Positions 25,627 through 38,512 of a stretch of 64,000 nt of DNA are shown here, piece by piece. Location: contig CM119263.1 of the NCBI GenBank assembly GCA_051294375.1, positions 2,256,113 to 2,320,112 of the forward strand, written 5' to 3'. The position numbers and the translations under genes were made by a program. Below the pieces are notes generated by a model, which was not told where the DNA came from, did not search any database, and was given only the letters and a program-made list of their open reading frames with translations. Source of the DNA: Paraspadella gotoi. Its lineage: Eukaryota > Animalia > Chaetognatha. The stretch's first letter is position 1, and each line of letters starts with the position of its first letter.

Positions 25627-26624
25627 ATCCAAATGGGCGTGGACCCTCGCGCCAAGGAGCGTCACGGCAAGACGCCCCTCGACGTTGCTCGTCAAGTAAG
25701 CGCCCAACTTGGAAACGAATGCGCCGTCCTCTTGACCAACGTCTTGGCGGGCAACGCCTCCTCGGTGCCCTACGAGACCTTCGGCCCCTACTACCTCCGC
25801 CGGGCTATCCTGGACGATCGCCTCGACGAAGTCCGACGCCTCCTCGATTACGGCGTCGATCCGCGGCGCGTCATGTGGAATCCGGGCTTCGATCCCGGCG
25901 CCGGCTGCGGCTCCTGCCGCACGGTGCTGATGGAGGCGGCGCGGCGGCGTCAGGCGCCTATCGTGCGGGCTCTGCTGCGGCGCGGAGCGGAGCCCGATTT
26001 CCCCGACGCCGGTGGAAGGACGGCACTGCATTACGGGGCGTTCGGAGGGGACGTGGAGGTGCTAGAGGCGCTGATCCGCGCCGGTGGGAAATTGGACTCG
26101 CGCGATAAAGACGGCGTCACTGTGGCCGAAGTGGCTGACGCCGCTGGACATGTCGACGCCGCTCATTTTGTGGCTAAGCAGACGAAGGGGGAAAGGAAAT
26201 CTGGGGAAGGGGATCAGAGGAAGAGGGAAGGGGATCACAAAAAGATAGAAAGGGATCAAAGAAAGAGGGAAGGGGAAAGAAAGACTGACAACAATGTGAA
26301 AGGAAACGTCGACGTCAAAGACAAAAATAGCAACAACAACAACAACAACGCCTCGCGCGCCTCTCATGACGATCACCGACGCCGCCATCGACCCAAAGCG
26401 CCGCTCCCATTATCCGGCGTCGCTCGTTCCGACATAAACCTTTTGCGCGACGCCGTTTCGCGCCGCGACACGCGTCGGGCGCGCCGCTTGCTTCAGCGCG
26501 GCGTCTCGCCCGACGCCGGATACTGGAACTCTCGCGTGGAATCGACGCTGCTGATGAAAGCGGCTCTGCGGAGCGACGAGAAGATGGTGGAGCTGCTGCT
26601 GGTGCACGGCGCCGATCCTAACAG
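25627..26624 (+). CDS. Ankyrin-repeat protein exon (modules 3-5)
   Basis: ctctttag|ATC..aacag|gtagac, phase 0-2; GKTPLDVAR..GRTALHYGAFGGDVEVLEALIRAGG..STLLMKAALRSDEKMVELLLVHGADPN. Confidence 0.92.
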
Positions 26625-27166
26625 GTAGACAGAGGGCGTTGGTGAGTAAAGTCGGTTTAAAATATGACGAAAGACTTGAGGGAAAATGTTTGAAGACCAA
26701 AAAGAAAAGACAAAATGATTAATGGCCAATCATGAAAATTAACGTCAACGGAGTGGACCTATGGACGCAATTGGTTAGCCTCGTGACGTGACAAGACGAG
26801 CTCTTCGGAATTATCAGACAGCCGACGAATCCAAAACTTGACTCCAACCTCAAACCTACCAATGACCGATAGAGAGACTAAGGGTTCGACGATCGTGATT
26901 GCTAAGAGAACTCGTGACATTCTGATCAAGAAACAATTCTTCTTCAAAAAAAATAATTGAATAATTCACCTTTGTCGTAACTTTCGTGTCCTTCATTACA
27001 CTTTGTTCGTAACTTCGTGTCCTTCATTACCTTTGTCGTCACCCAAATCATTGTCCGTCGTTATTAAAACTTATTAATTACCTCGTTATTGACTAAACCT
27101 CAACGTTATAGATACCCACCAATGGGCAACATACCAATACTAAAATAATCCCACCCAACAAAACAG

Positions 27167-27440
27167 AACCACCCTCATCAAACGCAAGTCCGCCGTCCAC
27201 TACGCCTCCATCGGCGGCTCCGTCCGCGTCCTCCAGCTGCTCGTCGCTTACGGCGCCGACGCCGCCGCCGTAGACTCCGACGGATGGACGATCCTTCACT
27301 ACGGCGCCTATTGGAACCGGCTCGACGTCATCGCCTTCGGACTTTTCCGGCGCTTGGATCCGCGGGCGCCGGACGGCGACGGGCTCAGCGCCGCAGATTG
27401 GAGCGCCATCAACGGCGCCGAGGAGGCGGAGCGTTTTTGA
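27167..27440 (+). CDS. Ankyrin-repeat protein last exon
   Basis: aacag|A, phase 2; TTLIKRKSAVHYASIGGSVRVLQLLVAYGADAAAVDSDGWTILHYGAYWNRLD..GAEEAERF*, TGA at 27438-27440. Confidence 0.85.
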
Positions 27441-27671
27441 AGAGATTCGTTGGGAGGGGGGAGGGGTGAGGCAGGGGGAGGCAGGGAGGGAGCAGGGGTG
27501 AGATTGAAAAATGTATAAGAGGAAATTAAAATTCTTGTTGTTGTTGTTGTTGTTGGTGTTGTTGTTGTTGTTATTGTTGTTGTTGTTGTTTTACAGCACT
27601 CTTGTCCTCATCAAATTAAATCAAATCAAATCAAATCAAATCAAATCAAATTTAAACTGTGAGCTTCGATA

Positions 27672-28080
27672 TTGATGACAACAGTGATTACAAAGATAGC
27701 GATGACAGCGACTGAAAAGATGGTGGGGGATGACGGCTATGACAGCGATGATTGCGATAGCAGTGATGGTGGAGATGACAGCGATGATAGAGATGACAGT
27801 ATTGGTTGAGGTAACAGTGATGGTGGAGGCGACAGCGATGATAGAGATGACAGTGATGATGAAAGTGACCGTAATGAGGGTAGGAGTGATGGTGGAGATG
27901 ACAGCAATGACAGGGATGACAGTGACGATGTAGGCGGCGATCATGACAGTGATGATTGCAAGGAGGGGCGACAAGGATGACAAAATTGATAAAGATGGCA
28001 ATGATGACAGTTATGTTATCGATAGATGAGGTGCGCTGATGACAGTGATGACCACGACGAAGGAGGCGATGCAGATGACA
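27672..28080. repeat. Degenerate 9/18-bp minisatellite (gatgacagcgatgatgga-like)
   Basis: Periodic gatgacag; produces the spurious His/Cys-rich and MT-rich ORFs in the track. Duplicated at ~34393-34800. Confidence 0.7.
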
Positions 28081-29994
28081 GATCCTCGAGGTTCGACACG
28101 TACGAACTTCATATCCGCAACAACGAAGGAAGGAGTGATGAATGCGAGAAGAATCGATCCCCATCCTTTATAACGAGAGAGAGAGAGAGAGAGAGGAATA
28201 AAAGTTTAAATATATGATTCGCGATGTTCTTATTTGGAACTCATGTTAATCAGTTCGTCGGGGAAAGACTCGAACGCTCGACATCGCAAGCGTGAGAAGA
28301 AAAACAATCTCACAGGCTAAGAAAGCCACTTCGGCGCAAAACGATGGATGGACCGATTTTGTTCTTTCTTTCATGTAACTTTGTTTTATTCTATTCTGTC
28401 TTATCTCCCTTGTTTTTTAATTAATCATTTAATGTCCTTTTATTTTTGGGTTTTCTAATTTCTTTGCGTTTAACTGCCGTTTCCTCTTTCTTTCCATCTC
28501 TCTTCCGTCTATCTTTACTCTTCTTTCCCCTTTTATTTTCTTTCCTAATTACTTTCCACGTCTCGTTTACTCACAACTCGAGCCGTTTAATATTAATCCC
28601 TTTTTTTTTCTCATTTTCATGCAAACGACGTTTACACCGCGGAACGTTCGACTTACCGACGTTTACGCTTGTTTTAAAAAAAGATGCTGCCGACATTTTT
28701 AAAACTGTTTCAAATAGCAGTTCGGTCTGTCAATCTCTCTGGCTCGTTGTCCGTTCGCCATCGCAACTGATTGCAAGACAAAACAAAGTAAAAATAGAAC
28801 CTTTTCTTCTTTTTTTTCTTCTTTTTTCTTTTTCTCTTTTTTTTCCTTCTTTTTTCTTTTCCACCTTTATTCTTTTTCCTCCTTTTTCTCTTTCCTCCTT
28901 TTTCTCTTTTTCCTCCCTTTTCTCTTTCCCCAATTTTCCCCCTTTTTCCTTTTTCCTTCTTTTTTCTTTTCCTTCTGTTTTCTTTTCCACCTTTATTCTT
29001 TTTCCTCCTTTTTCTCTTCCTCCATTTTTCCACCTTTTCTTCTTTTTCCAACCTTTTTCCTCTTTTCTCGGACCACCAACCAATGCTCGTTCTCGTTCCT
29101 CCATCTCCCGCCACGCCTCTCTACCCCCCCTCCCTCCTCTCTCCCCCCGAGCGATCGTTACAATAATTCCAAATTAAGGTAACGCAGATTTCAACGCCGG
29201 TAGAAACCCGTGAGGGCCCCCGCGGACGAAAAGGACGATGACGACGACGATACGACGACGATAACGACGACGTCTCTATTATTTATCTTTGGATCGAAAA
29301 GACTTTTATCGCCAAGAACAGAAGCAGAGTCTCGACAACGACTTGGCGCGCTCCCGCGAAGAAGCCAAGCAGGCTCGCTGTTAACGATTGCGTTCGCGAA
29401 TAACGACGACGTCTGCGAATAATACTTATGGCGAATAGCGATTGGTGTCCAATGATTAACGATGGCATCAGGAAAACGAATGGTGTTTCGAATTTAACAG
29501 TGCAATCTGGATGTAATGGCAACCGTTTCATTAGGAATATGCCATCCGTGAATAATAATACCAACTCCTAATAGTAATAACCGTATCTGTTTGAAGAAGA
29601 TTCCACCGACTATTAACAATTAACAATTGATGCATCTACAAATACCTCTGTTTAAAAATCTGTTAAAAATGACGGCGTCCGTAAATTAACGATGCCATAC
29701 GCGAATAACGATCCCATCCGCGAATAACGAGGCGGGGAAACTCGTTAAAGCGACGAACAGCGACTGGAACCGTTGATCTTCGTTTCGTGTTAGAAGTTTT
29801 TTATGTTCGACGCTCGCGGTCGGTTTTTTTTTTCTCTTTCTCTTTTTCTTTCCTTGGATTTTCTCGAAAACCCTACTTTTGTTGATAACATTGTTAAAAA
29901 TAATTAACTTCATTCTGTTCATGAGATGCCACATAGTTAATTTTGTTCATTCACTAATAAAACTTACCCTTTTTCGATAACCTTCAACTCTCAG

Positions 29995-30345
29995 GGCGGC
30001 GACCTTCACGCTTCTTCCGCGCGGCTGGACGGCGCTGCATCGCGCAGCAGCCCGCAGCCAACTTCAAGTCATCAAGTATCTGCTGTCACTCGGAGCGGAC
30101 GCGACTGTCCGGATAACGGGGCTACCCGCCCTCGACGTAAGCCGGACCTACTGCCCGCAATGCGCTCGATATTTGGAGGAGCAAGGAGCTGAATGGCTGG
30201 CGAAAGGCGTCGTGGCGAGAGTCGCCGTCAAGACCTCGTAACCGCGCCGGGGAAGACGGAGCCCGAGGCGGCGCCGAAAAAGACGCCGCCAACAAATCAT
30301 CGACGAAAAATCGCGAAAATTCGGTCTTTGTCGTCAAAACTAATC

Positions 30346-30387
<42 letters not shown>

Positions 30388-33300
30388 AACCTACGACGGA
30401 CGACGAAATTGACGACGACGAACGATGAAGAAGACGACGGAAGAGATCCTCTACCGACTACAAAACCGACAACGAAATCAACGACGACCTATCGATCCAT
30501 GTACCAAGAAACCTGGCGAAAAAACTCCTCACCGAGACGGCGCCTCCGACGTTTTCAAGGCGGCCGCCGCGCCGGCGTTTCTAGCGGCGCCCGCCGGCGT
30601 TTCAGACGGCGACGACGCTTCCAGTGGCGCCGGATTCGGCGTCCCCACCCTGGCGCCCTTCGACGCGCTCCGTCGCGCCCTCGACGCCGACGATAAGGCG
30701 GCGATGAAGCGGCTCCTCAAGGTACTCTCTCTTATTGATCTTTCTGTGTTTCTTTCTTTCATTCTTTCTTTCTCTTTTTTCTGTTGTTTTTTTCCCATCC
30801 TTTATTTCTTTCCACTTCTCTTTCCCTCTCCCCCACTTACTTAGGCCGGCCTCCACCCAGACGCCGACTTCTACGACCGCGAGTTGGGCGTGACCCTTCT
30901 CATGCGCTGCTCCATCGCTCCGACCAAGTTCGTCATGGTGCAGATGCTCCTCGCCCACGGAGCGAACCCCAATCGGGTCGCCGACCGCACGCGGCTACAC
31001 TGCCATCCACTACGCCGCCTGCGGGGACACCTGGAGACTTTGGAGACCCTGGAGGCCTACGGGGCGGATATACAGGTGCGGAATGGAGGTGCAATTGGCG
31101 GGAGAGGGCTAGGTGTAGAGGTTCTCGTAAGTTAAATTTGAATTAAATTAATTGATTAATTAATTCAAAAAGATTAAAAAAACGAAATGAGTGAAATTGA
31201 TATTAGAAAAATTTGTTGGAAGAATTAATTAATTAAAATAAACTAATAAACTAATTAGACTAATTAAACTAATTAAAATAAAGGACGAATTCATCACTCA
31301 TCAGTCATCACTTTACTTATCCCCCCACCCCTCTAAGGCTCTCACCTTCTCCGGTCAAACGATCCTCCACTGCGCAGCGGCCTTTGATCATCTCGAGGCC
31401 CTCAAGTACGGCATCCGCATGGCGTCGATCCGTTCGTCAAAGACTTGGAGGGAAAGACCTGCCTCGACTGGAGCCGTCGGCTGCCGGACTCCAGCTGCTC
31501 CGCTTACCTTCAGCGGCTGCTGCAGCGATCCTCCCGCAGCAAACGGAGCTCCACCTTCGACGATCTCAAGTCGGCCGTCGAGGCGAGGGACGAGGTCGAG
31601 GTCAAGCGGCTCCTCGACTCGGGCGTAGACCCCGAGGCCAACCCCAGCTGCTGCGGCGTGCCCAGGTCCATCAATCGGATCGCCCTCTCGGCTGGAGTCT
31701 TTCGTCCGCTCCAACCTCCTCATCTACGCCGTCCACAACTCGACCAAACCCATCATCCAATCTGATGCTGGAGAAAGGAGCGGCGCTGCGGGAGAGGGTG
31801 CATCGCGGGGTGTCGGCGATCCACTTGGCGGCACGCCGCGGCGTCGTCGACATCATGGAGGAACTGCTGGACCACGGCGCCGACGTGCGGGCGAGAACGC
31901 TGGGCGAAGGATGGACGGTGCTGCACGTTGCGGCGGCGCAGAACAACCTCGACGCGCTCGCATATGGGGTATAGAAGAGAGATTGATGGAGAATTGAAGG
32001 GAATTGATGGGAATTGAAGGGAATTGATTGGAGAATTGAAAGTTATAGAGGAATTTAGAGAAAATATTATTGATTTAATAAGAATTGCTGTGAATTTAAA
32101 GAAATCGATGGAGAATTGACGGAAATTGATGGTGAATTTAAAGGAATTGATGGGGAAAGAATTGAATTAATGATGGAGTATGAATGATGTCTTAAGGGTT
32201 GCAACAGCTGACTCGGTGAGGTTCGGAAGCCTTTAGGGGACATTAAAATTATAAATACATTGCCGTTTTACTTTAGGATGTTTTAAATTTAATCATGCTT
32301 CCCCCCCTCTCTTCTCCTCCCCTTTTCTCTTTAGATCCAAATGGGCGTGGACCCTCGCGCCAAGGAGCGTCACGGCAAGACGCCCCTCGACGTTGCTCGT
32401 CAAGTAAGCGCCCAACTTGGAAACGAATGCGCCGTCCTCTTGACCAACGGTCTTGGCGGGCAACGCCTCCTCGGTGCCCTACGAGACCTTCGGCCCCTAC
32501 TACCTCCGCCGGGCTATCCTGGACGATCGCCTCGACGAAGTCCGACGCCTCCTCGATTACGGCGTCGATCCGCGGCGCGTCATGTGGAATCCGGGCTTCG
32601 ATCCCGCGCCGGCTGCGGCTCCTGCCGCACGGTGCTGATGGAGGCGGCGCGGCCGGCGTCAGGCGCCTATCGTGCGGGCTCTGCTGCGGCGCGGAGCGGA
32701 GCCCGATTTCCCCGACGCCGGTTGAAGGACGGCACTGCATTACGGGCGTTCGGAGGGGACGTGGAGGTGCTAGAGGCGCTGATCCGCGCCGGTGGGAAAT
32801 TGGACTCGCGCGATAAAGACGGCGTCACTGTGGCCGAAGTGGCTGACGCCGCTGGACATGTCGACGCCGCTCATTTTGTGGCTAAGCAGACGAAGGGGGA
32901 AAGGAAATCTGTGGGAAGGGATCAGAGGAAGAGGGAAGGGGATCACAAAAGATAGAAAGGGATCAAAGAAAGAGGGAAGGGGAAAGAAAGACTGACAACA
33001 ATGTGAAAGGAAACGTCGACGTCAAAGACAAAAATAGCAACAACAACAACAACAACGCTCGCGCGCCTCTCATGACGATCACCGACGCCGCCATCGACCC
33101 AAAGCGCCGCTCCCATTATCCGGCGTCGCTCGTTCCGACATAAACCTTTTGCGCGACGCCGTTTCGCGCCGCGACACGCGTCGGGCGCGCCGCTTGCTTC
33201 AGCGCGCGTCTCGCCCGACGCCGGATACTGGAACTCTCGCGTGGAATCGACGCTGCTGATGAAAGCGGCTCTGCGGAGCGACGAGAAGATGGTGAGCTGC

Positions 33301-34140
33301 TGCTGGTGCACGGCGCCGATCCTAACAGGTAGACAGAGGGCGTTGTGAGTAAAGTCGTAAAATATGACGAAAGACTTGAGGGAAAATGTTTGAAGACCAA
33401 AAAGAAAAGACAAAATGATTAATGGCCAATCATGAAAATTAACGTCAACGGAGTGGACCTATGGACGCAATTGGTTAGCCTCGTGACGTGACAAGACGAG
33501 CTCTTCGGAATTATCAGACAGCCGACGAATCCAAAACTTGACTCCAACCTCAAACCTACCAATGACCGATAGAGAGACTAAGGGTTCGACGATCGTGATT
33601 GCTAAGAGAACTCGTGACATTCTGATCAAGAAACAATTCTTCTTCAAAAAAAATAATTGAATAATTCACCTTTGTCGTAACTTTCGTGTCCTTCATTACA
33701 CTTTGTTCGTAACTTCGTGTCCTTCATTACCTTTGTCGTCACCCAAATCATTGTCCGTCGTTATTAAAACTTATTAATTACCTCGTTATTGACTAAACCT
33801 CAACGTTATAGATACCCACCAATGGGCAACATACCAATACTAAAATAATCCCACCCAACAAAACAGAACCACCCTCATCAAACGCAAGTCCGCCGTCCAC
33901 TACGCCTCCATCGGCGGCTCCGTCCGCGTCCTCCAGCTGCTCGTCGCTTACGGCGCCGACGCCGCCGCCGTAGACTCCGACGGATGGACGATCCTTCACT
34001 ACGGCGCCTATTGGAACCGGCTCGACGTCATCGCCTTCGGACTTTTCCGGCGCTTGGATCCGCGGGCGCCGGACGGCGACGGGCTCAGCGCCGCAGATTG
34101 GAGCGCCATCAACGGCGCCGAGGAGGCGGAGCGTTTTTGA
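29995..34140 (+). pseudogene. Frameshifted duplicate of the five 3' ankyrin exons (artefact or very young pseudogene copy)
   Basis: Same exons as 23286-27440 with multiple 1-bp indels and very few substitutions; lacks the 5' exons. Confidence 0.6.
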
Positions 34141-34896
34141 AGAGATTCGTTGGGAGGGGGGAGGGGTGAGGCAGGGAGGAGCAGGGAGGGGCAGGGGTGA
34201 GATTGAAATTGTATAAGAGGAAATAAAATTCTTGTTGTTGTTGTTGTTGTTGTGTTGTTGTTGTTGTTGTTGTTGTTGGTGTTGTTGTTGTTGTTATTGT
34301 TGTTGTTGTTGTTTTACAGCACTCTTGTCCTCATCAAATTAAATCAAATCAAATCAAATCAATCAAATCAAATTTAAACTGTGAGCTTCGATATTGATGA
34401 CAACAGTGATTACAAAGATAGCGATGACAGCGACTGAAAAGATGGTGGGGGATGACGGCTATGACAGCGATGATTGCGATAGCAGTGATGGTGGAGATGA
34501 CAGCGATGATAGAGATGACAGTATTGGTTGAGGTAACAGTGATGGTGGAGGCGACAGCGATGATAGAGATGACAGTGATGATGAAAGTGACCGTAATGAG
34601 GGTAGGAGTGATGGTGGAGATGACAGCAATGACAGGGTGACAGTGACGATGTAGGCGGCGATCATGACAGTGATGATTGCAAGGAGGGGCGACAAGGATG
34701 ACAAAATTGATAAAGATGGCAATGATGACAGTTATGTTATCGATAGATGAGGTGCGCTGATGACAGTGATGACCACGACGAAGGAGGCGATGCAGATGAC
34801 AGATCCTCGAGGTTCGACACGTACGAACTTCATATCCGCAACAACGAAGGAAGGAGTGATGAATGCGAGAAGAATCGATCCCCATCCTTTATAACG

Positions 34897-34994
<98 letters not shown>

Positions 34995-35808
34995 AGAGAA
35001 GAGAGAAAGAGACAGAGAGAGAAAANNNNNNNNNNNNNNNNNNNNNNNNNGAGAGAAAGAGACAGAGAGAGAGAGCTCAACCTCAGAATTTTGTTTAAAT
35101 GTATAAATTGACTGATTTTAAGGTGCGTTTTATTGATAAAATATTTACCTTATTTTTACGATATTTTCGACCTCAGGCTCATAGAATCTTTCTGTCGTAT
35201 ATGAGGCCTGAAATTAATTATTGTTTCAAAGATCAACCTCGTAACTAAATTGTTCGTCAAAGTCAAGAATGATTTTCCCCCCAAGTTCTCTTTTGTACGA
35301 TTCCCGCCAAATTTTTGTCGTGGGGTCATTAATCCCGCTTTTCAACCAAAAAGTAAAAAGTTATACAATCGAACTATAGGCGAGTGGAATGGACACTTTG
35401 GGCAAACTTGCAAAGGGCAATGGATATTGGGCAATGGGTATGGAACACATTGGGCATTGGCCACAATGGATAGGGATTTAAACTTTGGCTCCCTCTTAAC
35501 CTCCTCGGGCGTCCTCCTTCTCCCAATGAGGGTGGGAAGTTCGCCGCCAAATTTATTTGATATCACGACCGGATTTTTCACTCTGTTGTTTATCGCCCAG
35601 CGGGAGGGATATTTTGTGAGTTTTTGTGATTCGTTGGCCATAATGTTTTTTTTTAGTTCACTTTTTTTTTACAAAAAAAACTTTAAATCGAAAATGTTTT
35701 CACCTATTTTTTTTAATAGAAATTTTATACCGAAAAGAATTTCTTTTTAGTTCGTTCATGGGTTGACTGATGCTTGGGGTTTCGATAAAAAAAGAATGAA
35801 AACAAAAG

Positions 35809-35854
<46 letters not shown>

Positions 35855-36709
35855 GACGATATTGATATTCTCCCCTAGCCCTTTATTTATGGGAAGTCAT
35901 CGGATCGCATATTCACTTTGAGATGTTTTTCTTTCTCTTTCTTATTGTTATGATTTTTTGACCAAAACATTCGTCATTCCTGTTTGACGAAACTTTTTCT
36001 TTTTTTTTTTTTAATTTAACTTAAAAATTGTAATATACAATTTGATACTGTTCATTATTTAATTTTTCTTTAAGAATTCTCAATCGTCTTACTTCTCAAT
36101 TTCGTTTGCGCTTATACTATATATCCCTTCTGAACTCAATATTAGTCACACTCGACTCGGAATAAAATTCGAATGATAAACGCATGCTATCATTGTCGAA
36201 ACTTATATCTATTTATTGTTGTCAAAACTGTATTTCTTACCCCCTTTCCACCCCCGCTACCCCTCTTTTTCCCACCCTCCCGTTTTACCCCCTCCCGCCC
36301 CACCAAAAAAAATATCAAGTAAATAAAATCCAGCGAAAAACAAGGAGTCTCATCTCATCCTGGACGATAAACACGTCGTCGGCAAACAAAGACCCATGGC
36401 CCAAATGTTGTGTTGATAAGACGTTAAATTTAATCGGCTCGGAAACTTTTAAAATCTCCGTCCGAGCCAACTCGAACCGGTGCGGTTCGTTCAATTTTTA
36501 CAATAAATTATTTTGGCCTGACAATGGATATTAGATGTTTTTCTAACGCGGGCGTTTACATTTTGTAACTGTTAAACCGAAATCGTAAAAACGGCGGAGT
36601 TCTAGGGAAAAAGGTTTTGGGTATTATTTTCTTTTTTGAAAGTTAGCATCAGTTTATTTATATTCATATTTTTATTTTATTTTTGGAGAGAGAGAGAGAG
36701 AGAGAGAGA

Positions 36710-36773
<64 letters not shown>

Positions 36774-36900
36774 GAGAGAGTCGCCGTTGGGGGGATTTTG
36801 CATCTTTTAGAATTGGGAGGAGCAAAGATTTTTGGCTGTGATGAATTTTTGTTTCCGTTTGAATGAACGTTTCTTTGGTGAGCTGGCTGCGTGCGATTCA

Positions 36901-36938
<38 letters not shown>

Positions 36939-37976
36939 TTTTCTTTCTTTCCTCCATCTCTATTTCTCACCAACGCTTCAAAGACGATGAAAGATGAAAC
37001 CGGAGATGAATTGAAACCAGAATCACTACGAAGCACGAAAAGTGAAAATGGCCTCACATCAACTCTTTTCCTTTTTCTTCCTCGATTCCTCATCATTTTT
37101 ATTTCGCGTCGTTTCCGTTTGACGCTGGAGATAGAATATATAAATCTTTTCTAGATTATATTTTATACGTTTTGTTTATATTACTTTCGATTCAGAGATG
37201 TTATATTAATATTAATTAATGGATAAATTAACTTGGTTCGGATTTCTATCCTCTTTACAAATATATTTTTTTATAATTTACTATCATTTTTACAATAATA
37301 TTTTCTGCAATCTGGTATTTTTTTCCATTTTTCTAAAATTAACTAAGATTATCCGTATTTTTTGAAAAAGCAGTTTCTGCAAATCTTCTTTATAGTTTTT
37401 ATTACTTGAACTGTATTTTTTACTATTTTTTTTAAATACCCATACGTATACAAATAGTAAACAATGGCTGTCTGATTTTTATATTTCAACTTAAATTCTC
37501 AACCCACTAAGGTAGCATATCTATACCTGAAAAATAAAGCCATAAATATCCTTGTTTATATAGAGATCTTCGGTTGTTTACCTGTATGAGAACGTCTCAC
37601 AGTGCAGGGGGTTTTCGTTGAATGCGGGAATGGTTCGTTGACGAACGCTTTGGTTTTACGTTGGCTGCCGCAATAACTTATTGGTATCATTTAAAAAGTA
37701 TATATTAATTAATTAATACTTTTCTTTAACCGTTTCCCCAAAAAATACTTGTATGTCATCTGCTATTAATTCTTAAGAAAAATCTTTTTCCTTTAATACG
37801 CATTGACAAAAAGGAGAATCCGAAACTAAACCGTCTGAAATTTGAGTCGTTTCCTTTTCTGTTTTGATGAAAGCAAAAACCAGATCTTCCCTCCTTATTT
37901 TTTTATCATCATTTATATCTTCCCTGCCTAACGTCAAAATTGTTGTGAGATAATCAAAGCTCTTTCTCTCTCTCTC

Positions 37977-38047
<71 letters not shown>

Positions 38048-38279
38048 GAATTCCTGGGCGAGCTATTACGCCGGCGATTATGGTTAATGTTGTCAGATTC
38101 TCTCATTATCTCTCCACTCGGTTTCGCTCTCTGTCTCGCTCTCTGTCTCGCTCTCATTAAATCGCTCTCGTTCTCGCTTCAGTCTCCCCCCCCACTTTTT
38201 CCCTTCGCCTCCCGACGCAAGGAAATCCAACGCGCGGTTTCTTGTCAAGTTTCGGATCAAACGGACGTCCGCCTCTAGA

Positions 38280-38512
38280 GGGTGTGGCGAGAGTGTGGGG
38301 AGAGTGTGGCGAGAGTGTAGGAAGTGTAGGGAGAGTGTGGGGAGAATGTGGTGAGAGGAGGGGAGAGAGTGGGGAAAGTATGGTAAGAGTGTGGGGAGAG
38401 TGTGGTAAGATGTGGTGAGAGTGTGGGAGAGTGTGGGGAGAGTGTGGGGAAAGTGTGGTGAGAGGGAGGGGAGAGTGTGGTAAGAGTGTGGGAGGGAGTG
38501 TGGGGAAATAGT
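38280..38512. repeat. G-rich ~10-11-bp minisatellite (gagagtgtggg)
   Basis: Directly visible tandem gagagtgtgg units. Confidence 0.75.

Larger units (their letters stand above)
21478..34895. repeat. ~6.7 kb tandem duplication (copy 1 ~21478-28195, copy 2 ~28196-34895); probable assembly artefact
   Basis: Both copies start gaataaaagtttaaatatatgattcgcgatg and end cccatcctttataacgagag. Copy 2 has scattered 1-bp indels up to ~33370 and is near-identical afterwards. Flanked by 25-N gaps at 21000-21024 and 35026-35050. Confidence 0.88.

Noticed and set aside
23286-27440. Horizontally transferred endosymbiont (Wolbachia-type) or viral ankyrin gene
   Set aside because: Many spliceosomal introns and host-like GC-rich codon usage; no bacterial or viral neighbours. 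Ancient transfer cannot be excluded without a phylogeny.
27636-28164. His/Cys-rich metal-binding ORF (158 aa) and MT-rich ORFs
   Set aside because: Translations of a gatgacag minisatellite; the frame changes between the two duplicate copies and there is no splice support.
29995-34140. A second functional ankyrin paralog
   Set aside because: Indel-dominated differences, frameshifts, missing 5' exons and adjacency to 25-N gaps indicate an artefact.
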